NCBI GenBank assembly: GCA_029858565.1
Contig: JAOUEV010000007.1
Span: forward strand, 44,569 to 108,568
Length of the DNA: 64,000 nt
From: Nitrospirota bacterium
GTDB taxonomy: Bacteria; Nitrospirota; UBA9217
Direction of reading: 5' to 3'
Shown here in pieces: positions 1 to 9,656 of the stretch. A model generated the notes under the pieces. That model had not been told where the DNA came from. It was given only the letters and a program-made list of their open reading frames with translations, and made no database searches. Numbering within the stretch: position 1 is the first letter of the stretch; each line of letters starts with the position of its first letter. Made by a program: the position numbers and the translations under genes.

Positions 1-2
1 GT

Positions 3-113
3 GCCGGGCGATTGAGGTTGCCTCCGCTCGTGCATCTGTGCCTGCTGATGATCGGCTTTCCCGCGCTGGTGTACCTACCCGCGCATTTCCTGCTCGCGGC
101 GCTGTTCAATTGA
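3..113 (+). CDS. 3' end of a hydrophobic (membrane) protein, truncated by the window edge
   Basis: Frame 3 reads AGRLRLPPLVHLCLLMIGFPALVYLPAHFLLAALFN* and ends at TGA 111-113; very hydrophobic. Confidence 0.5.
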   Translation, partial: AGRLRLPPLVHLCLLMIGFPALVYLPAHFLLAALFN

Positions 114-437
114 TCTCCCTGCGGCTCCGGCAAATATTGACATCCTCAGCTGCGAGTGGTATTAACTGTACTGGCAAATGCAGTTGGTCCGCTGTTTGAA
201 CCGTTGTATTGATCGTTGCGGAATCAGTTATTTGCCAGCTCATTCCTTCCGGGTGCTCATTTCCGGGTTTTGCACAGGACGAATTCGTCTGTTCTTCATC
301 TTTTCCGCCGAGATCTGGAATCAGCGGAACGAGCTTGTCGCGGAATACGATCGGATCGTGGGCGCGGTTCCGGGCAAGGGCCGGTCAGCATAAACATCCC
401 GGGCCGCGCAACCGCGGTCCCGTCCTCCTCCATCCCT

Positions 438-986
438 ATGGCCCTCAAATCAACCATCTTCAAGGCCGACCTGTCGATCTCCGACATGACGCGCAACTAT
501 TACCACGACCACAGCGTAACCATTGCCCGCCATCCGTCGGAGAACGACGAACGCATGATGGTGCGACTCCTGGCGTTCGGCCTGCACGCCGATGAGGCGC
601 TGATCTTCGGCAATAAGATCGGCAATGATGATGAGCCGGATCTTTGGCAGCGCGACCTTACCGGAGCGATCGATCTCTGGATCGACGTGGGCCAGCCCGA
701 TGAGAAACTGGTGCGCAGGGCCTGCGGACGGTCCCGAATGGTCTGTATTTATCCTTACAGCGGACACAGTGCCGCGGTCTGGTGGGATCAGGCGAAACAC
801 AGTCTCGAAAAGATCAGGAACCTGCAGGTGGTCTCTGTGCCGGAGGAAGCGTCCCGGTCTCTCGCGAAACTTGCACAGCGCACCATGAAACTGCAGTTCA
901 CCATTCAGGACAACCAGATCTGGGTCTCCAACGGGAACGAGACCGTGCATGTTGAGCTGCGGCCATTCCTGTTGCGCACGAGGTAG
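438..986 (+). CDS. yaeQ: YaeQ family protein
   Basis: Characteristic N-terminus MALKSTIFKADLSISDM..RNYY, then ARHPSENDERMMVRLLAF, DEPDLW and LWIDVGQP; start moved from the ORF-track 216 to ATG 438. Confidence 0.92.
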   Translation: MALKSTIFKADLSISDMTRNYYHDHSVTIARHPSENDERMMVRLLAFGLHADEALIFGNKIGNDDEPDLWQRDLTGAIDLWIDVGQPDEKLVRRACGRSRMVCIYPYSGHSAAVWWDQAKHSLEKIRNLQVVSVPEEASRSLAKLAQRTMKLQFTIQDNQIWVSNGNETVHVELRPFLLRTR

Positions 987-1059
987 GGGATGATAGGCGG
1001 CTTCCGCAGGCAATTCGGTCTGATACCCCGGTCAGCACGGATCTTCGCGGGTTCCCCGA

Positions 1060-1088
1060 TTGACTTGATCGGGCAATGCTCCTATACT
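1060..1088 (+). promoter_or_regulatory. sigma70-type promoter for the TauE/SafE gene
   Basis: TTGACT(1060-65)-17 nt-TATACT(1083-88). Confidence 0.55.
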
Positions 1089-1152
1089 GGAGGCGGTCAC
1101 AGGTTCCGGTGTAGAAAGCACAGTGCATTTCTTTCCTGGAGGACGACCGGCT

Positions 1153-2124
1153 GTGGAATTCCTGAACATGACCTTTTCCGTTTCCGGTGTCAGCACCAAC
1201 GTGCTGCTCCCGCCGCTGATCTCCCTTGTCATTTCCTACTTCACGTCCATGGGCGGCATCTCGGGCGCTTTTCTTCTTCTTCCGTTCCAGATGAGCATTC
1301 TGAATTATACGGCGCCGTCGGTCAGCGGGACGAACCACGTTTTCAACATCATTGCCATTCCGAGCGGCGTGTACCGGTATATTAAGGAACGCCGCATGGC
1401 CTGGCCTTTGACCTGGGTGGTCATTGCCGGTACGCTGCCGGGAGTGTTCATCGGATATTATCTTCGTGTGCTCTATCTCCCTGATCCGAAGACATTCAAG
1501 CTGTTTGCTGGATGCGTACTGCTGTACATAGGGCTCAGGCTTATGAAGGACCTGCTCAGCGGAAACACGGCGCAGTCCTCGGGAGCGCAGGCGCTTGAGG
1601 AAAAATTCAAGACCCGTGTCGCGGAGCGCAGGAGAGCGCAGGGTTCAAAGATGGCCGCGGGCATTCCAACTGACGCGGTTGTGAGGACTATCAGCGTGTC
1701 GCTCAAAAAGGTGGAGTACGAATTCTGGGGCGAACGGTTCTCGTTCAACACCCTGGGCATGTTCGGCCTTGCATGTATCGTCGGCATCATCGGCGGAGCC
1801 TATGGCATCGGAGGCGGCGCCATCATCGCGCCCTTCTGCGTGGCCTTCTTCCAACTCCCTGTTTACACGATCGCCGGAGCGACCCTGATGGGCACCTTTA
1901 TCACTTCGATCGCCGGCGCGCTGTTCTTCACCCTCTTGCCCCCGGCGCAGGGGGTCTCTCCACTGCCCGACTGGCCCCTGGGCATTCTTTTCGGCATCGG
2001 CGGATTCGCGGGCATGTACCTCGGAGCGAAGTCCCAGAAATACCTGCCTCAGAATCTCATCAAGATCATAGTCGGCAGCGCGATTCTGTTCCTGGCGATA
2101 AAATATATTGTTCAGTACTTCTAG
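1153..2124 (+). CDS. TSUP/TauE-SafE family (sulfite exporter-like) membrane protein
   Basis: SMGGISGAFLLLPFQ and GGAYGIGGGAIIAP motifs, multiple TM segments; GTG 1153 follows GGAGG (ATG 1168 is an alternative start). Confidence 0.85.
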   Translation: MEFLNMTFSVSGVSTNVLLPPLISLVISYFTSMGGISGAFLLLPFQMSILNYTAPSVSGTNHVFNIIAIPSGVYRYIKERRMAWPLTWVVIAGTLPGVFIGYYLRVLYLPDPKTFKLFAGCVLLYIGLRLMKDLLSGNTAQSSGAQALEEKFKTRVAERRRAQGSKMAAGIPTDAVVRTISVSLKKVEYEFWGERFSFNTLGMFGLACIVGIIGGAYGIGGGAIIAPFCVAFFQLPVYTIAGATLMGTFITSIAGALFFTLLPPAQGVSPLPDWPLGILFGIGGFAGMYLGAKSQKYLPQNLIKIIVGSAILFLAIKYIVQYF

Positions 2125-2160
2125 GGACCAGGAGCAGCCGCACGGATCCCGGAGCATGTC

Positions 2161-2799
2161 ATGACCTGTCCCCTATGCAGCGCGAAGACGGTAGCTGATT
2201 ACTGCCGCGACACTGTCCGGGAGTATCTTCGCTGTGACCGGTGCGGTCTGGTCTTTGTCCCTGGCCGGTTCCATCTTTCTCCGGAGGACGAAAAAAAAAG
2301 ATATGACCTGCACCGGAACGCGCCGGATGATCCCGGGTATCGGGGATTTCTGAATCGCTTGTTCATTCCTGTGAACGAACGTCTGGCGCCGGCAAGTACG
2401 GGCCTCGATTTCGGCTCAGGTCCTGAACCGCTGCTCTCCCGGATGTTCGGGGAAGCGGGCCACACCATGCGGTCTTATGATCCTTTTTACGGTCCTTTTT
2501 CCATTCCCGGAGAACAGCGCTTCGATTTTATCACAGCGAGCGAGGTGGTCGAGCATCTGCGTCAGCCGCGGAAGGAACTGGACCAGCTCTGGGCCCTTCT
2601 GCGGCCGGGAGGATTTCTCGGCATCATGACGCAGCCGCTTGTGGAGCAGAGCGCATTCCCTGCCTGGCATTACAAGAACGACCGCACCCATATTCTCTTC
2701 TTCTCGCCGCCGACCTTTCTCTGGCTGGCGGAGCATTGGGGCGCAGACCTGACATTCCCGGAGAAGGACCTTGTTATCTTCCGGAAGCGCAGAGCGTAA
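2161..2799 (+). CDS. Class I SAM-dependent methyltransferase with N-terminal Zn-ribbon
   Basis: CPLC..CDRC at the N-terminus; LDFGSGP motif I; FDFITASEVVEH. Confidence 0.85.
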   Translation: MTCPLCSAKTVADYCRDTVREYLRCDRCGLVFVPGRFHLSPEDEKKRYDLHRNAPDDPGYRGFLNRLFIPVNERLAPASTGLDFGSGPEPLLSRMFGEAGHTMRSYDPFYGPFSIPGEQRFDFITASEVVEHLRQPRKELDQLWALLRPGGFLGIMTQPLVEQSAFPAWHYKNDRTHILFFSPPTFLWLAEHWGADLTFPEKDLVIFRKRRA

Positions 2800-2815
2800 G
2801 GGTGTATAATCCGCC

Positions 2816-3568
2816 ATGCGCTCCCTCCCCATCATTTATCTGGACGAACGCCTGGTCGCGGTGAACAAGCCCGCGGGTCTTCTTGTGCACAGGAGCGCTA
2901 TCGACCGCAGCGAGACCGAGTATGCCATGCAGATACTGCGTGACCAGCTTGGCCGCTGGGTCTATCCGCTGCACCGGCTGGACAAGGCAACCTCCGGAGC
3001 ATTGCTCTTCGCACTGGACAGGGATTACGCCGGCATCATGACGGGGATCTTTTCCCGAGGGAGGGTCTCCAAAACCTATCTGGCCGTGGTGCGCGGGTTC
3101 ACCGCCGAGCAGGGCAGTATTGACCATCCTCTGAAAGTACTGCAGGACAGAACGACCGATCATCTTGCTGCGCCGGACAAACCGGCACAGGAAGCGGTAA
3201 CCGATTATGAACGCCTTGCAACTGTCGAATTTCCTTATCCCGTGGGGCGCTATGCCACGGCACGGTTCTCTCTCATCAAAGCACATCCCCGGACCGGCCG
3301 CATGCATCAATTGCGGCGTCATATGAAGCACATCTTCCATCCGATCATCGGCGATACGACCTACGGGGACGGCAAACAGAACGAGTTCTTCCGCCGGGAA
3401 CTCGGGTGCCGGCGCCTGCTGCTGCACAGCAGCGAGATCTCCTTCCCGCACCCCGCCACCGGACATCCGGTCCGCATTCTCGCGCACCCGGAACCTGATC
3501 TCAGGGCGTTCCTGCTGAGACTGAACTGGGACAGAAACATCACCGACCTGCTGATGACTTCACCATGA
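2816..3568 (+). CDS. truC: tRNA pseudouridine synthase C (RluA/TruC family)
   Basis: VNKPAGLLVHRS, HRLDKATSG (catalytic Asp), TGRMHQLRRHMKHIFHPIIGDTTYGDG. Confidence 0.88.
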   Translation: MRSLPIIYLDERLVAVNKPAGLLVHRSAIDRSETEYAMQILRDQLGRWVYPLHRLDKATSGALLFALDRDYAGIMTGIFSRGRVSKTYLAVVRGFTAEQGSIDHPLKVLQDRTTDHLAAPDKPAQEAVTDYERLATVEFPYPVGRYATARFSLIKAHPRTGRMHQLRRHMKHIFHPIIGDTTYGDGKQNEFFRRELGCRRLLLHSSEISFPHPATGHPVRILAHPEPDLRAFLLRLNWDRNITDLLMTSP

Positions 3569-3715
3569 ACGGGAAAAAACAGGAGCCGACCACGGTCCTT
3601 TTCGACTTTCAACAGGATGAGTACCATCCTGCAGGAAGAGTTATATCATATCGAAACAAAGCAATTTGTGCCTAAGGTTGTACGGTTTTTTTTTGTGATG
3701 GAATTTGTTTCTTTG

Positions 3716-3744
3716 TTGACAGGACAACATGCGGTCATTATATT
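3716..3744 (+). promoter_or_regulatory. sigma70 promoter giving a probably leaderless transcript of the 3751 ORF
   Basis: TTGACA(3716-21)-17 nt-TATATT(3739-44); ATG 6 nt downstream; no SD. Confidence 0.6.
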
Positions 3745-3750
3745 GACGTA

Positions 3751-4041
3751 ATGCGTCTTGGAATCACAATATTGCTTCTCGCTCTCGTTGCTGCGTCAAT
3801 TATGCCCGCGTTATCCACGCTTGCATATTCAGGTAATCACACAAGCGAGCATGTGTACTGCACACTGGATGTTTGCCATGGTGCAGTTCATGTCATCTCG
3901 TCGAGCGGCATGATGCCCTGTCTTCTTGAGGGAACCTGCTGTACGCTCCCGGTCCTGACCGCGGGGTCTGTTGATACCTCAACCGCTCAGTTTTCTGATT
4001 TCCTCCTCGTCTTTTCGAACGAACGTCCTCCCCAGTCCTGA
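3751..4041 (+). CDS. Small exported Cys/His-rich protein with C-terminal ERPP (DUF2946/arrest-peptide-like)
   Basis: Signal-like N-terminus, CTLDVCH and CC motifs, ends ERPPQS*; strong promoter directly upstream. Confidence 0.6.
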   Translation: MRLGITILLLALVAASIMPALSTLAYSGNHTSEHVYCTLDVCHGAVHVISSSGMMPCLLEGTCCTLPVLTAGSVDTSTAQFSDFLLVFSNERPPQS

Positions 4042-4392
4042 TCAATATTACATAACCTAACGGTGTACTGCCGGATGCGAGATCATAATTCTCGAAGGGA
4101 TCAGCGCAGCCGGATTCTGCACGCGATGATCACCACCCTGTTCGCGTCGGCGCATATCCTTACGCAGGACTGCTCATGCGTTTTCGTGAAGAAACCGCTC
4201 TAGCAGGCAGGGGTTATCCGTGCATATGCCGTATTGGTTCTAAGGTATTAATCATGCGCGTGCTTTTGGCATAAAAAAAGACGGTATAACAACAAGTTCC
4301 AGTGAATGTTTATGTGCTACAATAAATTCAGGACGGAACTTCGGCCGCTCGCCAAGCACGAGAGGTGTTTTCCCCTTTGCAAGGAGCAGGCC

Positions 4393-7300
4393 ATGGAAGT
4401 AGCAAAACATCGTTACCTGAAGTTTGCAGCAATCTTATGCATTTTGTCAGCTCTCTATTTCGGACCGGGCAGGGGGGCAATCCTCGCACTCGATTCACCG
4501 CACAGCCCGCAATCGAGCAGCCGGCCGATGACATGTTCATCGTGCCATATCTCTCCTTCCGGACCAACGCCTCTCTGGAAAACGCTGCCGACATCAACGG
4601 ACAATACCTATAAGAACAACCTTTGCACAAGCTGCCACTCAGCGGGAAAACTGACCACCAGCAAGTACGAGGACATCAAGACGCATACCGCCGGCATCAC
4701 CGGCAGTTCTTATTGGGGTGGCGCCTGGGCGGTGGAGTGCGTTACCTGTCATTCGCCGCACTTTCAAATGCAGTCCATAACCTACGGTTCCGATCCCGCG
4801 ATCAAGCTTGCCAGTGGCACTATATCTGCTCTTGTATCGTCTCCCAACGCCACGATGTCGACTTTGACGGACAGCACGAAGAATTTCATTCCTGACGAGT
4901 ATATCGGTCATCTCCTCATTCCGAATACAGCCTATCCGACCGGGATCTACCGCATCAAGTCAAACACCAGCGCCACCGTCACGGTGGAAGGCGCCATCAA
5001 CCTGAGCCGTACAGGCGTAGGAAAATCCTATGCGATCCACTACGGGAAGATGATAAACAGCCAGGTGCGCACGCCCGCTAGCGGGAATCTGCCGGTCAGA
5101 TTCTTTCACAACACAGGCGCGAACTCCTATGCAACGAGCACGTCACCGACCGGCATGACATCGATATGTCAGATCTGTCATACCCAGACGGCTTCGTTCA
5201 ACAACAGCGGCGAGCTGGAGGGGCCGCGTCATCCTGCGAACAAGGCGGGGACGAACTGCATGGTCTGTCATCCTCACTCGAAAGGATTCAAGGCAGATTG
5301 CGCTCTATGCCATGGAGAGCCGCCGGTGAGTGCGGACCAGTTGGCCGTACCTCCAACGGGTTCAGATAATCCCGGGAAGCACGAGGGGCATGTGTCGAAT
5401 GCGGGCATTGCATGCGCGGCCTGCCACCGGGACTATCAAATGCCCGATGACACGACCCACAGTATTGACATCGGATTCGACAATTTCGGTTCCGGCGGCG
5501 GACAGTACCGGGGCCAGTCTGCGGTTAATTACCAGGGACGGAACGGTACGGACGTTAGCGTCCGGGACGATTCGCGGATCTGTACGAACATTACCTGCCA
5601 CAGCACGGGCAACCTGTCCGTGACCGGCGGCCAGCTTCCGGCCGTCTACGGCGGGAACAAGTACGCATCGCCCCTCTGGATGACCACGGCTCCCGCCGCG
5701 GCATGCGGTTCCTGCCATGGACGGAGCACCTCGACCGGCATGCCGGACTACACGAACGGAGGCGCGGGTTCGACCACGGCAAACAGCCATCCCAGGCACG
5801 TGGTGAGCGGCAATATCGAATGCTCCTGGTGTCATGTCCGAACCGTACCCGCAGGCATGAGTCCGGTGGACTACAGCCAGGGTAAGCACGTGAATGGGAG
5901 CAGCCAGGATGTTTACTTCGCGGCGCCGAACGAGAGCGCCGCGTATGCCGGCGGAACAAAGACCTGCTCGGCGACCTACTGCCACGGAAGCGCCGCACCG
6001 CAATGGGGCGGCACCGCGCCCTGCGGGAGCTGTCATGCCGCCACGGCGGAGACCATTACGAGCGGGAGCCACCAGGTCCATCTTTCCACAACAGGCGGCC
6101 GCGGGCCCAATGGGGTGAGCGTCATCGTGACCTGCGACACCTGTCATGGCACGGGAGCCGTTTCAGGTGCGCACAGCGGTCACGTGGACGGCTCCGTGAC
6201 CTTTACCGACGTCAATGCGATCGCCGCTACCAGTGCATGCAATTCCTGTCATAGTCCGGGAGGCGACTATGACGGCGTGAGTGATGCATCCATCGGCGCG
6301 AAAACGAACTGGGCCGGCGGGGTCTATTCCGGAGGCACATTGGCCGCGGGAAAGGAAAAATGGTGCGCTGGCTGCCACGACAAGTCCCCGTCGGTGATAA
6401 ACACCGTAAACGCGCCTAACATCGCGGGCGATGAGTCCGGCTCCTTCATCTACGGCACCGGTTGGGGATTCTATAAGACCGGCCACGGCCTTCCGAGTGC
6501 GGGCACCATGCCTGCAAGCGGCGGCGCAACGAATGGTCCCGGCAGCAGCTGCACCGATTGCCATGATATATCCAAAGGGCATATCGACGGGGATGCGCGG
6601 ACCTTTGCTTGCGCCTCCGGCACCGGCGGCGCCTGCACTACCGCTTACAAGACCGCATATCGTCTGAAGGACGTGGCCGGCGGTTCGCCGCTTGAGATGC
6701 CGCCGACAGGTACGAATGCGGAAAGTTTCCGTCTCTGTTTCAGCTGTCATACCAGCACCGAGGCCTGGCTGACGAACAACCGGGCAGGCACCAACTTCTA
6801 CCAGGAAGGAACGTCTAGGAACGATCATTACTATCACCTTACCGCTGTCGCAAAAACAGCCGAGATCGACTGGGACGGCGCATTCGAAGGGAAAATGTCC
6901 TGCATAACCTGCCACAATGTGCATGGCTCCAAAAATCCGGCCATGATCCGCGCGGATGAACTGACAGGGTTCCCGTCGCTCAGTGTCCGCTACGGCAATG
7001 CCGGCAGCACCCACACGGCCGGGCAGATCGAGCCGGTGCCGAACAATATCACGCTCGTGGAGAGCACCAAGCTGACTATGCTGGGAACCCTGGCAAACAC
7101 CTATTGTCAGCACTGCCACGGGTCCGGAACCGCCATTATGACCGTTTCCCGCACTCCGACGGGCATTGAACCGCGTCCGCCTGTGCTTACCTGGGTCGGC
7201 TATCCGGGATTCGAGACCGACGGTGCAACGCCCGATAGCAGCGAGAGCAATAGCGCATTTACCTTCCGTGTCACCTATACGGATATCAATCAGGACGCGC

Positions 7301-9618
7301 CGACCAAGGTCCAGCTATGGATCGACCTGAACAATGATGGTGATTACAGCGACGCAGGCGAGAAGATCGATATGCAGTCGGCCTTTGTTGTTCTCGACCC
7401 CTATGCCCCTTATTCGCGCGGCGTTGACTATGTCACCACGGTCGCGATCAGCAAGACCGCTCCTGCGGGGAACACCGTTAAATACCGGTTCTACGCGGAG
7501 TCGGGCGCAGATGTCGCGACCGGCGCGCCGACCAGCGACAGCACTTTGACGCTCCTGAACAAAGCGCCGGTGCTCGCCTGGACGGGGGAGGCTAGCTTCA
7601 CCGAAGACGGCGTCAATCCGGATTACGGACCGAAGGACGGGAGCTACGCGTTCCGGATCAGGTATGTCGATGATGACGGCGATTCCTGCCCGGCGAGCGG
7701 TTCGGCCGCTATTCAGGTCTGGCTCGATCTGAACGGCGACCTGCAGTACGGCGCTGACGAGAAGTTCAACCTGAACGAGGCCGACCCGGGCGATACGAAC
7801 TGCACGACCTCGGGCGGCGGCAAGCTCTATGCGCTGGGCGCCATCCTGCCGAACACGAGCGGCGGCAACAAGGTCGCTGCCTACCGGTTCTTCGCAACTG
7901 ACGGCACGAGCGCGGCAGCCGGTCCTCCCGTATCCGGCGGCACGGTCACGGTTGCGGCAACAACGAACAGGCCGCCCTCACTTGCCTGGGACGGCGGCGT
8001 CTGTCGGCCGCAGGGCGCCATGCCGCCGAAGAGCGCGACGAGCTCCTCGATCAACTTCAGCATTCGCTATTACGACGATGACAACCAGTGTCCGGCGAGC
8101 GGGACACCGGCGATCCAGGTCTGGGTGGACTTGGACAAATCCGGATCGTACTCAAGCGGTGAAAAGTTCAATCTTGCCGAGGAATCACCGGCGGACACCG
8201 ATTGCACGACCGCAGGCGGCGGCAAGGTGTACGGCGTGACCGTGGTTCCGACCATGGCTGCTGATGATATTCCCTACGAATTCCACGCGTCTGACGGCAT
8301 CGACACCGCGCTCGGCGCTCCTGCGACCGTCGGCGCCACGGTGGATGTCATCGCGGCCACCTATGTTGTAAGACAGGACGGGACCGAGGATTACACGACG
8401 ATCACTGCCGCCATTGCCGCGGTCGGGGCGAACAACAGCAGGACCATCCTTGTGTACAACGGGACCTATGCGGAAAACCTGACCATCACGCAGGACCCAC
8501 TGACCTTGGTGTCGGCTTGCGGCGCAAGCGAGACGATTATCACGTCCGCGGTCGATCCGGTCGTGCATTTCAACCTGAGCGTCGGCAGCGTGTTCGATGG
8601 CTTTACGGTCACCGGCGGCGCCGGATCAGGCATCAAGGCAACAGGGAACAACTTCAACGGCCTCACCAGCACGCCGTCGATCAAGAACAGCATCATTTTC
8701 GGCAACGGAGGCCGGGGCATTTACGGCTACCGTGCCACGGTCACGATAACAGGTTCGGAGATCTACGACAATCTCGGCGGAGGGGTGTCCCTCTACGCTG
8801 GATCGATCTCCGATTCAACGATAAGGAACAACTCGGTGACCGGTAACGGCGGCGGGGTCTCGACCGACGCAAGCGACAAAGGAGCGTTCACGCTCACCAA
8901 TGTCACGATCAAGGACAACAGCGCCAGCGGGTACGGCGGCGGGATCTACTGTCAGAACTCGGACGGCGGTTACGCGCCTTCCTTCTCGAAGCTTATCGTG
9001 TCGCGCAACACGGGCAGCGTCGGCGGCGGCGGTTATTTCACTTCCTGCAACCCGACCTTTACAAACAGCCTGGTCGTCGACAACAACGCGGTGAACGGCG
9101 GCGGTATGGGCGCCGGGACCTCTGCCTCTACCTGGTTCCTGAACAGCACAGTCGTGAACAATAGCGCGTCCGCTGACGGCGGCGGATTCTACACCTCCGG
9201 TTTGAGCGACACGGTCAACTTCGCCAACAGCATCCTCTGGGGGAACCGCGCGAACGGGTCCGGTCATCTCGGCCGTTTCGCCCAATCGAGCGGCAGCGTG
9301 GTCAGCGCCTATCTTTATGATTCGATTATCGAAAACAACGGTGATACCAATATCACCGATGATAATTACTTCAGCACAACGATCTATGTCGCCATTGTCG
9401 ACGGTGGGGGAAATCATGACGCAGACCCGAACTTCATCGACCGGATCAACGGAGACAAGACTATGCGGAATTACCGCGTCCAGTCGCCTTCGATCGCCAT
9501 CGATCGTGCGGGAAATACCTCGGGCAAGGGCATTCCGACCGACGACCTTGACGGGAACAGCCGTCCCGCGGGGAGCGAGGATATCGGCGCGTATGAATAT
9601 GTTGGCGCCGCGCCTTAG
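4393..9618 (+). CDS. Large secreted multiheme c-type cytochrome (CxxCH/CxxxxCH) with three internal repeats and C-terminal right-handed beta-helix/choice-of-anchor-Q-like domain
   Basis: AAGGAG RBS before ATG 4393; signal peptide; 17 CxxCH and 2 CxxxxCH motifs counted in the N-terminal ~920 aa; DYTTITAAIAA beta-helix start; GGG/N-rich turns; terminal DLDGNSRP..DIGAYEY. Confidence 0.9.
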   Translation: MEVAKHRYLKFAAILCILSALYFGPGRGAILALDSPHSPQSSSRPMTCSSCHISPSGPTPLWKTLPTSTDNTYKNNLCTSCHSAGKLTTSKYEDIKTHTAGITGSSYWGGAWAVECVTCHSPHFQMQSITYGSDPAIKLASGTISALVSSPNATMSTLTDSTKNFIPDEYIGHLLIPNTAYPTGIYRIKSNTSATVTVEGAINLSRTGVGKSYAIHYGKMINSQVRTPASGNLPVRFFHNTGANSYATSTSPTGMTSICQICHTQTASFNNSGELEGPRHPANKAGTNCMVCHPHSKGFKADCALCHGEPPVSADQLAVPPTGSDNPGKHEGHVSNAGIACAACHRDYQMPDDTTHSIDIGFDNFGSGGGQYRGQSAVNYQGRNGTDVSVRDDSRICTNITCHSTGNLSVTGGQLPAVYGGNKYASPLWMTTAPAAACGSCHGRSTSTGMPDYTNGGAGSTTANSHPRHVVSGNIECSWCHVRTVPAGMSPVDYSQGKHVNGSSQDVYFAAPNESAAYAGGTKTCSATYCHGSAAPQWGGTAPCGSCHAATAETITSGSHQVHLSTTGGRGPNGVSVIVTCDTCHGTGAVSGAHSGHVDGSVTFTDVNAIAATSACNSCHSPGGDYDGVSDASIGAKTNWAGGVYSGGTLAAGKEKWCAGCHDKSPSVINTVNAPNIAGDESGSFIYGTGWGFYKTGHGLPSAGTMPASGGATNGPGSSCTDCHDISKGHIDGDARTFACASGTGGACTTAYKTAYRLKDVAGGSPLEMPPTGTNAESFRLCFSCHTSTEAWLTNNRAGTNFYQEGTSRNDHYYHLTAVAKTAEIDWDGAFEGKMSCITCHNVHGSKNPAMIRADELTGFPSLSVRYGNAGSTHTAGQIEPVPNNITLVESTKLTMLGTLANTYCQHCHGSGTAIMTVSRTPTGIEPRPPVLTWVGYPGFETDGATPDSSESNSAFTFRVTYTDINQDAPTKVQLWIDLNNDGDYSDAGEKIDMQSAFVVLDPYAPYSRGVDYVTTVAISKTAPAGNTVKYRFYAESGADVATGAPTSDSTLTLLNKAPVLAWTGEASFTEDGVNPDYGPKDGSYAFRIRYVDDDGDSCPASGSAAIQVWLDLNGDLQYGADEKFNLNEADPGDTNCTTSGGGKLYALGAILPNTSGGNKVAAYRFFATDGTSAAAGPPVSGGTVTVAATTNRPPSLAWDGGVCRPQGAMPPKSATSSSINFSIRYYDDDNQCPASGTPAIQVWVDLDKSGSYSSGEKFNLAEESPADTDCTTAGGGKVYGVTVVPTMAADDIPYEFHASDGIDTALGAPATVGATVDVIAATYVVRQDGTEDYTTITAAIAAVGANNSRTILVYNGTYAENLTITQDPLTLVSACGASETIITSAVDPVVHFNLSVGSVFDGFTVTGGAGSGIKATGNNFNGLTSTPSIKNSIIFGNGGRGIYGYRATVTITGSEIYDNLGGGVSLYAGSISDSTIRNNSVTGNGGGVSTDASDKGAFTLTNVTIKDNSASGYGGGIYCQNSDGGYAPSFSKLIVSRNTGSVGGGGYFTSCNPTFTNSLVVDNNAVNGGGMGAGTSASTWFLNSTVVNNSASADGGGFYTSGLSDTVNFANSILWGNRANGSGHLGRFAQSSGSVVSAYLYDSIIENNGDTNITDDNYFSTTIYVAIVDGGGNHDADPNFIDRINGDKTMRNYRVQSPSIAIDRAGNTSGKGIPTDDLDGNSRPAGSEDIGAYEYVGAAP
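7177..8355 (+). repeat. Three tandem ~130-aa protein repeats within the cytochrome
   Basis: Each begins P-x-L-x-W-x-G and contains F-x-[VI]-x-Y-x-D, Q-[LV]-W-x-D-L-[ND], EK and Y-x-F-x-A; starts near 7177, 7558 and 7966. Confidence 0.8.
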
Positions 9619-9656
9619 CAGCTCGGCTGAGCGTGACGAGCCGGAAGGAGGAAGAC

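Noticed and set aside
216-437. N-terminal extensions in the ORF track (yaeQ, cytochrome, nuoE, HTH, pckG, fbp, NosL, rdgB, FHA)
   Set aside because: Family N-termini and RBS or -10 positions support the downstream starts used here.
3751-4041. CTLDVCH as a heme-binding CxxxxCH cytochrome
   Set aside because: Single atypical motif in a tiny protein with no clear distal ligand context; a metal-binding uORF fits better, though heme binding is not excluded.
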